Assembly (NCBI GenBank): GCA_937864275.1
Contig: CALMIW010000560.1
Span: 1-31,966 of the forward strand
Source: an uncultured Dehalococcoidia bacterium
GTDB taxonomy: Bacteria > Chloroflexota > Dehalococcoidia > Tepidiformales > Tepidiformaceae
DNA length: 31,966 nt
Direction: 5' to 3'
How positions within the stretch are numbered: position 1 is the first letter of the stretch; every line of letters begins with the position of its first letter. The notes under the pieces were generated by a model. It did no database searches. It was given only the letters and a program-made list of their open reading frames with translations, and had not been told where the DNA came from. Shown in pieces: positions 1 through 8,191 of the stretch. The translations under genes were made by a program, and so were the position numbers.

Positions 1-444
<444 letters not shown>

Positions 445-939
445 TTACGCGCGCACTTCCGGCGCATCGCTCAGGGGAATGAGCGAATCCGGGCTCGCGA
501 GGTAGTCGATGTAGAGGATCCCATTCACATGGTCGATTTCGTGTTCCAGCGCTTCGGCCAACAGGTTGTCCTCGGCTTTCACCCGGACTTCCTTGCCGGT
601 ATACGGGTCGATGCCCTGGGCCAGCACCTTCACCGAGCGGGTGATCTCACCGCGATACCCGGGGACCGATAGGCACCCCTCGTCGCAGCGGCGTTCGCCG
701 GAGCGTTTCACGATCTCCGGGTTCACCAGGGCGATCGGGTTGTCGTCTCCTACGTCGATGACCACGACGCGCAGGGAAACGCCGATCTGCGGCGCGGCAA
801 GGCCAACACCCGGTGCGTCGTACATGGTCTCCCACATGTCTTCGACGAGCTTGTGGATCGACTTGTCGATGGTCCGTACTCGCCGTGCTTTTTCTCTCAG
901 CACGGGGTCGCCTGCACGGCAAATGGGGAGGATGGCCAA
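445..939 (-). CDS. def: Peptide deformylase
   Basis: Motifs GVGLAAPQIG, EGCLS and HEIDH. Likely TTG start at 939 (MAILPI...GDPVLR) within ORF 445..1074. Confidence 0.95.
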   Translation of the reverse strand: MAILPICRAGDPVLREKARRVRTIDKSIHKLVEDMWETMYDAPGVGLAAPQIGVSLRVVVIDVGDDNPIALVNPEIVKRSGERRCDEGCLSVPGYRGEITRSVKVLAQGIDPYTGKEVRVKAEDNLLAEALEHEIDHVNGILYIDYLASPDSLIPLSDAPEVRA

Positions 940-984
940 AGGTCGAGCTCCGGGACGATCTGGGGCGCCGATGCGCCGCCGGTA

Positions 985-990
985 AGTGTA
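985..990 (-). promoter_or_regulatory. Putative -10 box (TACACT) for def-eno
   Basis: AGTGTA on + reads TACACT on -, about 45 nt upstream of the def start. Confidence 0.4.
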
Positions 991-1038
991 TAGCCAGTCT
1001 GCCTGTCGCGCCCTTGGCGGACGACTTCGTGTCTGATC

Positions 1039-1044
1039 TACACT
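1039..1044 (+). promoter_or_regulatory. Putative -10 box (TACACT) of a leaderless nadB transcript
   Basis: TACACT-N7-ATG(1052), no SD between them. Confidence 0.55.
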
Positions 1045-1051
1045 AACTCCC

Positions 1052-2611
1052 ATGCCCGCTCCCAGTCCCCGCAACGGCTCCTCGCCACCACGCCGCCGCT
1101 ACTCACTCATCGTCATCGGCAGCGGCATCTCGGGACTGTTCGTCGCCCTCGAAGCGCGAAAGCTCGGGCCCGTCCTCGTCCTCACCAAGGGCAGCATCGA
1201 TGACTGCAACACCCGCTGGGCCCAGGGCGGCATCGCTGCCGCCGTGGGCCCACTCGATTCCCCACTGCAACACCTCTCCGACACGATCGCTGCCGGGGAC
1301 GGCCTGGTCGATGAAGAAGCAGCCCGCGTCCTCTGCGAGGAGGCCCCCGCCCGCATCCGCGACCTTGTCCAATACGGCGTCTCCTTCGATTCCCTCGGCG
1401 GCGAAGTCGCACTCGGCCGCGAGGCCGCCCACAGCCACTCGCGCATCCTCCACGCCGGAGGCGACCGCACCGGCGCGGAGATCGAGACCGCGCTCAGTTC
1501 CGCCGTCCGCGACCCGCAGATCCCCGTGCTCGACCACACCCTCGCCACCGCCCTTACCGTCGAGGGCGGCCGCGTCACCGGAGTCGAAGCGATCGCCCTC
1601 GAGACGGGCGCCTACGAACACTATGAAGCCGACTACGTCGTCCTCGGGACGGGCGGCGCCGGCCAGCTCTTCTCCCACACCACGAACCCCGAGGTCGCCA
1701 CCGGCGACGGCATCTCTCTCGCCTTCGATGCCGGCGCCGAGATCGCCGACATCGAGTTCTACCAGTTCCACCCGACAGCGCTCCGGTTGGAGGGCGTCCC
1801 CACCTTCCTCATCTCCGAAGCGGTGCGCGGCGAGGGCGCCATCCTCCGCAACCACGCCGGCGAGGCCTTCATGGCGCGCTACCATCCGCTCCGCGAACTG
1901 GCCCCCCGCGACGTGGTGGCGCGCGCCATCGTCGCGGAAATGCGCGCCGAGGATGTCGACTTCCAGTTCCTCGATTGCACCGGACTCAGGTCCGTCGACC
2001 TCGCCGTGCGTTTCCCCGGCATCCACGCCTTCTGCATCAGCGTCGGGATCGATATGCGGACGCAGCCCATCCCCGTCGCGCCCGCCGCCCACTACCTCAT
2101 GGGCGGCGTCCGCACCGACATCTGGGGGCGCACGACGCTACCGGGCCTTTTTGCCTGCGGCGAAACCGCCTGCACGGGCGTCCACGGCGCGAATCGTCTC
2201 GCCAGCAACTCGCTCATGGAGACAGTCGTCTTCGGCAAACGCGTCGTCGAACACATCGCCAGCGGCAAAGGCGGCGCCGCGAAGATCTCCAGCGCACGGA
2301 CGCCGCTCTCGCTCGGCGGCACCGCGCCGGCGTCACACGGCCAACTCCAGGAACTGATGTGGCGCAGCGCCGGCATCGAACGAGACGCGGGCTCCATGCG
2401 GACCGGCCTCGACACCATCGCCTCCTGGAAGCCCCCGGCCGAGACGACCACCCGGCCCGCATTCGAACGCATGCAGATGGCCAAGCTCGCCACGCTCATG
2501 CTCCACGCGGCCCTCACCCGGACGGAAAGCCGCGGCGGCCACTATCGCAATGACTATCCCGGTCGCGACGACATCCACTGGCGCCGCCAGCAGGTCTGGG
2601 TGCGCGAGTGA
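1052..2611 (+). CDS. nadB: L-aspartate oxidase
   Basis: FAD motif VIGSGISG, WAQGGIAA, FYQFHPT, LISEAVRGEG, AAHYLMGG, GVHGANRLASNSL, ESRGGH. GTGA overlap with nadC. Confidence 0.95.
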   Translation: MPAPSPRNGSSPPRRRYSLIVIGSGISGLFVALEARKLGPVLVLTKGSIDDCNTRWAQGGIAAAVGPLDSPLQHLSDTIAAGDGLVDEEAARVLCEEAPARIRDLVQYGVSFDSLGGEVALGREAAHSHSRILHAGGDRTGAEIETALSSAVRDPQIPVLDHTLATALTVEGGRVTGVEAIALETGAYEHYEADYVVLGTGGAGQLFSHTTNPEVATGDGISLAFDAGAEIADIEFYQFHPTALRLEGVPTFLISEAVRGEGAILRNHAGEAFMARYHPLRELAPRDVVARAIVAEMRAEDVDFQFLDCTGLRSVDLAVRFPGIHAFCISVGIDMRTQPIPVAPAAHYLMGGVRTDIWGRTTLPGLFACGETACTGVHGANRLASNSLMETVVFGKRVVEHIASGKGGAAKISSARTPLSLGGTAPASHGQLQELMWRSAGIERDAGSMRTGLDTIASWKPPAETTTRPAFERMQMAKLATLMLHAALTRTESRGGHYRNDYPGRDDIHWRRQQVWVRE

Positions 2612-3462
2612 TCGCTCCGCCTCCCGAAGGAGTCGTCCGCGCCGCGGTCGAAGCCTCGCTCGCCGAGGATCGCGCCGCCGAAGACGTGACCACGCTTGCC
2701 GCCGTCACCCCGTCACTCCGCGGCACCGCCCGTTTCCTTGCAAAACAGGATGGCGTCCTCGCCGGCATGCTCGTCGCCCTCGAAGCCTTCCGCGTTTTCG
2801 ACCCCGTCGCTGAACTAGTCGTCCACGTCCAGGAAGGCGAAGGCTTCCGCTCGCGCACCGTCCTCGCCGAAGTCACCTGCACCGTCCGGGCGATGCTGCA
2901 GGCTGAGCGCGTCGCCCTGAACTACCTCCAGCGCCTCTGCGGCACCGCCACCCTCACCCGTGCCTTCGTCCAGGCGGTCGACGGCACCTCCGCCGTCATC
3001 CTCGACACCCGCAAGACCACCCCCGGCCTGCGCGATCTGGAGAAGTACGCCGTCCGCTGCGGCGGCGGTACCAACCATCGGCGCGACCTCGCATCAATGG
3101 CGATGATCAAGGACAACCATCGCGAAGCCCTCGCGCGCGCCGAGCTTTCGCTCGCCGACGGCGTCGCTGCCATCCGCGAGCGGACGCCCGGGGTCGCGGT
3201 TGAAGTGGAGATAGACGCCCTCGACCAGCTTGAAGCCGCTCTCGAAGCGAACCCCGAATGGATCCTCCTCGACAACATGTCGAACGCCGACATGGCCGAA
3301 GCCGTCAGGCACACCCGGGGGCGGGCGAAGCTCGAAGCGAGCGGCGGCGTGAACCTCAAGACCGTCCGCGCCATCGCGGAAACGGGCGTCGACGCCATTT
3401 CGGTCGGCGCCCTCACGCACAGCGCGGGCAGTGTGGATATCTCGCTCGACCTGGAGTTCTAG
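2608..3462 (+). CDS. nadC: Quinolinate phosphoribosyltransferase
   Basis: AERVALNYLQRL, LDTRKTTPGLR, NHR, IKDNH, LLDNM, EASGG, ISVGALTHS. Confidence 0.96.
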   Translation: MIAPPPEGVVRAAVEASLAEDRAAEDVTTLAAVTPSLRGTARFLAKQDGVLAGMLVALEAFRVFDPVAELVVHVQEGEGFRSRTVLAEVTCTVRAMLQAERVALNYLQRLCGTATLTRAFVQAVDGTSAVILDTRKTTPGLRDLEKYAVRCGGGTNHRRDLASMAMIKDNHREALARAELSLADGVAAIRERTPGVAVEVEIDALDQLEAALEANPEWILLDNMSNADMAEAVRHTRGRAKLEASGGVNLKTVRAIAETGVDAISVGALTHSAGSVDISLDLEF

Positions 3463-3807
3463 ACGCCCGGGCGACGGACCATAGCGACAGCGGGACTCCT
3501 CGCTGGCGCGCTTTCCATGCTCGGCCCCGGGGGCTCTCTCGTTTGCCGGCTCGGGTGAGAGTCGCCTGGCCACAAGCAGCAGCGTCGGCGCCGCAACCGC
3601 GGCCACGCCGCTGATGACCATCCCCATCCCGTCGTCTTTCCCAAGCACCGGCACCGCCGGCCCGGCAACCACTGCCCCAAACAGGCAGAGTGGAAGCATC
3701 CCAAGCCCGGCATGGCCGCGCGTCGCGACCGACCACGCCAGCCAGGGCAGGAACCCAAGCAGCAGCCACGCGGCCACGATCAGCGAAACGAAAATCGCCG
3801 TGTACAC
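3459..3807 (-). CDS. Small hypothetical membrane protein (about 3 TM segments); 3' end uncertain
   Basis: First ~82 codons are hydrophobic (MYTAIFVSLIVAAWLLLGFLPWLAW...) and start 6 bp after the rseP stop. The frame then stays open antisense through nadC to 3094, so the true end is unclear. Confidence 0.55.
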
Positions 3808-3813
3808 CTGCTG

Positions 3814-5001
3814 TTAGGTGACAAGCCGGGCGATGTCGAAGTACGTCACCACCAGCACCCCGGCCATCATCAGCGCAAACCCGGCGAAGTGGACGAGTCC
3901 TTCCTTCTCAGGCGAGATCCGCCGGCCGCCCCGGATGATCTCCAGGAAGACGAAGAACATCCGCCCGCCGTCGAGCATCGGGATCGGCAGCGCGTTGAAG
4001 ATCGCCAGGTTCAGCGAGAGCAACGCCGCGAACTCGATCAGCGGCCGCCACCCGGCTTCCTCGATCAGTTGGCCGGTGGTATCGGCGATGCCAACCGGTC
4101 CGGTGAACGCAGGCTGGTCTTCCCCGCCAACGCTCGCCCCCGGGCTTCCGTTCACACGCACGCGAATCTCGTTGATCGTCAGCACCATCGTGTCGACCAG
4201 CGACTGCGTGCCCTTCTGGAATGCCTCCCAGGGCCAGTACCACTCGCTCTCGGTCTGCGGGTACTTCAACTGGCAGGCGATTGGCTCCAGGTTCTCGTCG
4301 TAGGTACACGTCTGCGGAGCACCGATGCGGACTCCAGTCGGGCCCTGGTCGGTGGGGGGGCTCCAGCGCGCGTAGACCTCCGCCGTCAGCGTCGACCCGG
4401 CGCGAATGATCGTCCAATCCTGCGTCTCGCCGAGGTTCAGGCGGCTCGCGTACACCATCTCCGAGGTGTTCTTGATCTCGCGCCCCTCGATCTCGATGAC
4501 GAGATCGCCTGGCTGAATTCCCTGGACAGGCGCTGTGCCGTCCCGCATCTCGCCGCTCACCTTCGCCTCGGCCGCCGGCGACCCCTCGGCCACGTCGACG
4601 ATCTGTGCCATCGAAAGCGAACGATCGCGCGGGATCATGAAGCCCACGGAGAGCAAGACGATCGCGAGGACGAGGTTCATCAGCACGCCGGCGGCCATCA
4701 CGGTCAGGCGTTTCCAGCGCGGTGCCGCGGCCAGCGACCGCGGGTCCGTCGGGTCCTCTTCGCCCAGCAGGCGGACGAATCCGCCGATCGGGAGCCAGTT
4801 CAGCGTGTATTCGGTCTCACCCTTGGTAAAGAGCGTCTTCGCCTTCGGCGGGAAGCCGACGCCGAACTCCAGCACCTTGATGCCAAACGCCTTCGCCGCA
4901 AGGAAGTGTCCGAACTCGTGGATGAGCACCAGGATGAGCAGCAGGCTCAGGAAGGGCACGGCGGCGCGAACAATCGCCACAGCATCGAAGGCAAGGAACA
5001 T
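3814..5001 (-). CDS. rseP: RseP/RIP-type site-2 protease (M50) with PDZ-like insert
   Basis: HEFGH zinc motif, LNWLPIGGFVRL, NALPIPMLDGG. Directly downstream of dxr. Confidence 0.9.
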   Translation of the reverse strand: MFLAFDAVAIVRAAVPFLSLLLILVLIHEFGHFLAAKAFGIKVLEFGVGFPPKAKTLFTKGETEYTLNWLPIGGFVRLLGEEDPTDPRSLAAAPRWKRLTVMAAGVLMNLVLAIVLLSVGFMIPRDRSLSMAQIVDVAEGSPAAEAKVSGEMRDGTAPVQGIQPGDLVIEIEGREIKNTSEMVYASRLNLGETQDWTIIRAGSTLTAEVYARWSPPTDQGPTGVRIGAPQTCTYDENLEPIACQLKYPQTESEWYWPWEAFQKGTQSLVDTMVLTINEIRVRVNGSPGASVGGEDQPAFTGPVGIADTTGQLIEEAGWRPLIEFAALLSLNLAIFNALPIPMLDGGRMFFVFLEIIRGGRRISPEKEGLVHFAGFALMMAGVLVVTYFDIARLVT

Positions 5002-6152
5002 CAGGCGGTAACCCCCACATGGACGCGGCGAGCGGCTTCTCGCGCGATTCGGTCGGCTTCGATAACGGTCTCCAGATCAGGATCGGCAACGCCCTCGTGC
5101 TTCTCCAGCACCGACTCGATGATTGCCGGGATGTCGAGGAACCCCACTTCGCCCGCGAGAAAGCGCTCGACTGCGATTTCGTCGGCGGCAGCCATGGCTG
5201 CCGGGAACGTGCCGCCGCGCTGTCCCGCTTCCATCGCCAGCTTTAGGCAGGGGAACCGGTCGGTGTCCGGCCTGCCGAAATGCAACGTCCCGATCGCTCC
5301 CAGGTCCAGGGTCGGCATCGGGGGTGCCGGCATGCGGTCCGGATAAGCCAGCGCCAGCTGGATGGGCAGTCGCATATCCGGCACGCCGAGTTGGGCCTTC
5401 ACGCTCCCGTCGCTGAATTCGACGAGCGAATGGACGATGGACTCACGGTGCAAAACGACTTCGACCTTCTCCATGGGGACATCGAAGAGCCACATCGCTT
5501 CGATCGTCTCCATCCCTTTGTTCATCAACGTGGCCGAATCGACCGTGATCTTGGGTCCCATGTTCCACGTCGGGTGGTTAAGTGCCTGTTCAGCGGTCAC
5601 CCCGGCGAGCATCGAACGGTCGAAGTCCCGGAACGCGCCGCCACTTGCCGTCAGCAGGATGCGGCGGATCCCGTGGCCTTCCTCGCCCCACAGGCACTGC
5701 CAGATGGCCGAGTGCTCGCTGTCCACCGGGTGCAGTGCCCCTCCGCCGGACTGCATCGCCCTCCGGATGATGTGGCCCGCCATCACCAGGACTTCCTTGT
5801 TCGCGATGGCCACGGGCTTGCCGGCCTTCAGTGCGGCCAGCGTGGGCATCAGTCCAGCCGCGCCGGCCGTCCCGACGAGCGGGATGTCGCAGGCGAGCGC
5901 CATCTCCACAGGGTCGGTTCGCCTGCTCCCGGTGCGCTCCACGGCCTCCGCGAGAGCGGCGCTCGCGGCGCCCTCCCAGGACACAAACGCCGGCTCCAAC
6001 TCCATTACCTGGCTCGCGAGCAGGTCATGGCTCCGGCCCGCGGCCAGCGCGACCACTTCCCAGCGGTCCGGGAACTGGCGGACCACGTCGAGCGCCTGGC
6101 GCCCGATAGACCCCGTCGACCCGAGAATGGCGACCTTCTTGCGCGCTGTCAT
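5001..6152 (-). CDS. dxr: 1-deoxy-D-xylulose-5-phosphate reductoisomerase
   Basis: ILGSTGSIG, IANKEVLV, PVDSEHSAIWQ, HPTWNMGPKITVDSATLMNKG. ATG at 6152. Confidence 0.97.
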   Translation of the reverse strand: MTARKKVAILGSTGSIGRQALDVVRQFPDRWEVVALAAGRSHDLLASQVMELEPAFVSWEGAASAALAEAVERTGSRRTDPVEMALACDIPLVGTAGAAGLMPTLAALKAGKPVAIANKEVLVMAGHIIRRAMQSGGGALHPVDSEHSAIWQCLWGEEGHGIRRILLTASGGAFRDFDRSMLAGVTAEQALNHPTWNMGPKITVDSATLMNKGMETIEAMWLFDVPMEKVEVVLHRESIVHSLVEFSDGSVKAQLGVPDMRLPIQLALAYPDRMPAPPMPTLDLGAIGTLHFGRPDTDRFPCLKLAMEAGQRGGTFPAAMAAADEIAVERFLAGEVGFLDIPAIIESVLEKHEGVADPDLETVIEADRIAREAARRVHVGVTA

Positions 6153-6160
6153 CTGAACCG

Positions 6161-6166
6161 ATGGTA
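6161..6166 (-). promoter_or_regulatory. Putative -10 box (TACCAT) of a leaderless dxr transcript
   Basis: TACCAT-N8-ATG on the - strand. Confidence 0.5.
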
Positions 6167-6199
6167 CGGCCCGCGGATACAGCGCGACAGCAAGGAGGA

Positions 6200-7138
6200 T
6201 TACGTGGCCGCGAAAGCCGGGATCACCTGCTCCGCCCAGGCGTGCAGTCCGTCCCAGTCGAGCGGCGGGCGTTGCGCGATGTTCACGCGGGCGGCGCCGG
6301 CGTCTTTCAGCCGTCCCACGAGGTCGATCGCCTGCTCGGGCAGCCCGACCACGACGCCGCGGTTCCGCATCGCCTCGCTCGCCGGCCCCCAGGTCTCGCG
6401 ATACTGCTGTTCGGCGCGTTCCAGGTGAGCGGGCGTGGCCGCCATGTGGAAGCTCAGGTTTACGTTCCGTTCGATCGAAGCCGGGTCGCGACCTTCCTTC
6501 TCGCACCACTGGTCCAGCACGCCGGAAAGCCGTTTGAACTCTTCGACCGACGGGTACGGCGTGTTCCAGCCATCCGCGTGGCGCGCCGCGATTCGCAGCG
6601 TGCGCTTCTCGCCGTTGCCGCCGATCCAGATGCGGGGCCGCGCCTGCACCGGCTTCGGGTTGCATGCCGCGTTGTGGAGCTGGAAGTACTTCCCCTCGAA
6701 GTCCGAACGGTCCTGCGTCGTCAGCATCCGCACGACCTTCACGCCCTCTTCGAGGATGTCCATGCGCTGGCCGATCGGCAGGAAGGGGATGCCGTAGCCG
6801 GCGTACTCCTGCTGGTGCCAGCCGGCCCCGAGGCCGATTTCAAGGCGGCCGTTGCTCAGGTGGTCAATCGTCACGAGGGCATTCGCAAGGATCGCCGGGT
6901 GGCGGTAGTTCATCCCCAGGACGAGCACGCCGATACGCACATTCTTCGTCTCGCAGGCCATCGCGGCCATGCAGGTCGTTGCTTCGAAGCAACTCCCGTT
7001 TCCATCGACCGGCGGCGCCTCATAGAAGTGGTCCCACACGTCCACCCAGTCGAATCCGGCGGTGTCCGCCCATGTCCACGTCTTCCGCATCTCTTCCATC
7101 GAGATGTTCTGCTGGCCGATGTGCAGTCCGAATTTCAC
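6200..7138 (-). CDS. LLM-class (luciferase-like), probably F420-dependent oxidoreductase
   Basis: VWDHFY, GRLEIGLGAGW, PKPVQ..PRIWIGGNGEKRTLRIAARHADGWN are typical of F420-dependent LLM families. Confidence 0.85.
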   Translation of the reverse strand: MKFGLHIGQQNISMEEMRKTWTWADTAGFDWVDVWDHFYEAPPVDGNGSCFEATTCMAAMACETKNVRIGVLVLGMNYRHPAILANALVTIDHLSNGRLEIGLGAGWHQQEYAGYGIPFLPIGQRMDILEEGVKVVRMLTTQDRSDFEGKYFQLHNAACNPKPVQARPRIWIGGNGEKRTLRIAARHADGWNTPYPSVEEFKRLSGVLDQWCEKEGRDPASIERNVNLSFHMAATPAHLERAEQQYRETWGPASEAMRNRGVVVGLPEQAIDLVGRLKDAGAARVNIAQRPPLDWDGLHAWAEQVIPAFAAT

Positions 7139-7508
7139 GTCTTCTCCTCAACTGGCGATGGGCTGATGAAGAGTAGCGCGTTGCGCATCTCGGCGGCACC
7201 TCGCGGGCACTGGAGCGACATCAGCTTTGTGAACCGCCGGACGTCGGTATCCGCGCACTCGAGACGATGATGATCCCCGCATGCTCGCGCCCCGTCGTTG
7301 CCCATTCGGCATGCAAGCGCTGGAAGTCGACGCGGTCGAAGGTGACAATCGCTCGCCCTTCACCCGAGGCGTATCGAAGTTGCGCCTCGTCATCCTCGCC
7401 GGACTTCCCCACATCATTCGAATTCAGGCAGTCGACGCCGGCGCCCCGGAGCATGCCGAACAGGCGGCGTTCCATCGCATACTCATCGCCGTACAGCGGG
7501 AACGCCAC
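7135..7508 (-). pseudogene. DUF5615 PIN-like toxin (VapC45-like), apparently frameshifted near 7235-7260
   Basis: YGDE...EDDEAQLRYA...IVTFDRVDF...HAGIIIV is DUF5615-like. The frame stops at 7221, but a shifted frame continues RFTKLMSLQCPRGAAEMRNALLFI and ends in TGA (7135-7137) overlapping the LLM GTG. Confidence 0.75.
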
Positions 7509-7801
7509 TAAAGCGTCTCGTGGCCATGTTCCCCGGCGAATGCGTCCGCTTCGGCGGCTGACATCCGGTCTTCTTCATCCAGCGCTTCCTTGTGCTGGTA
7601 GTAAAACGACAGCGCGGCGTGCACGGCAGCTATCGAGACGTGCGTGAACGACGCCGCGATGTCCGCGGCTGAACGGCCTTCGAGATGAAGGCCGACGATG
7701 CGCTGCACGGTGACCGGCGTCGCGCGAACCACGACCTGGCCCCCATTGTGATTCGGGGACCATTCGAGCAACTCGTCGATGTCTATCGTGGCCACAGGCA
7801 T
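7508..7801 (-). CDS. DUF433 antitoxin-like DNA-binding protein
   Basis: GGQVVVRATPVTVQRIV...GRSAADIAASFTHVSIAAVHAALSFY matches the DUF433 pattern. TAGTG overlap with the PIN gene. Confidence 0.85.
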   Translation of the reverse strand: MPVATIDIDELLEWSPNHNGGQVVVRATPVTVQRIVGLHLEGRSAADIAASFTHVSIAAVHAALSFYYQHKEALDEEDRMSAAEADAFAGEHGHETL

Positions 7802-7807
7802 GACAAG

Positions 7808-7816
7808 ACTCTACCA
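7808..7816 (-). promoter_or_regulatory. Extended -10 promoter (TG-G-TAGAGT), leaderless, for the DUF433 operon
   Basis: On - strand TGG TAGAGT cttgtc ATG: TGn-TANNNT-N6-ATG. Confidence 0.6.
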
Positions 7817-7830
7817 GATTGGCCAGCCCT

Positions 7831-8187
7831 TCAGCCCCAGCGCGAGTTCAGTTCCGGCCGCCGGGTCTCGTCCGGGAAACGCGCCCGCAGCACGTTCGAG
7901 AACGCGCGATCGGCGGCTTCGGGCAACATGCTCGCGGTCACGCGGGAGAGAGCCTCGACAGTGTCGTCCTCCGCGTGCCGCTCGAGCCACGACTCGCTCA
8001 CAATCTCCGCGATGCGCTCCCGGAGAGCATCGACATCAGGCTGCCGAAGTCGCCCGGTGGTGATTGCGTAGGCATCGGCCCGGCCCACCGCCTGCAGGAA
8101 TTCCGCGCACCTCGCCTTCACGTACGCGCTGGTCGTGCGCCCGTGAATGAGCCCTCCCGAAGTGCCGCTACTGCGGAAGAACTCCAT
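7831..8187 (-). CDS. Hypothetical protein (118 aa, helical-looking)
   Basis: ATG lies 4 bp after the pepN stop and the ORF fills the gap to the next promoter. No motif recognised. Confidence 0.6.
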   Translation of the reverse strand: MEFFRSSGTSGGLIHGRTTSAYVKARCAEFLQAVGRADAYAITTGRLRQPDVDALRERIAEIVSESWLERHAEDDTVEALSRVTASMLPEAADRAFSNVLRARFPDETRRPELNSRWG

Positions 8188-8191
8188 CCGG

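Noticed and set aside
940-1051. NAD-related riboswitch or NrtR/NiaR operator upstream of nadB
   Set aside because: The only symmetry is the pair of mirror -10 hexamers; the apparently leaderless nadB start leaves no room for a riboswitch.
5001-6665. 554-aa extended Dxr from the ORF track (likewise extended cysN, cysD, purU, second CoA-transferase and 14107-start ORFs)
   Set aside because: The extensions overlap neighbouring real genes, are low-complexity, and the family homology begins at the later starts used here.
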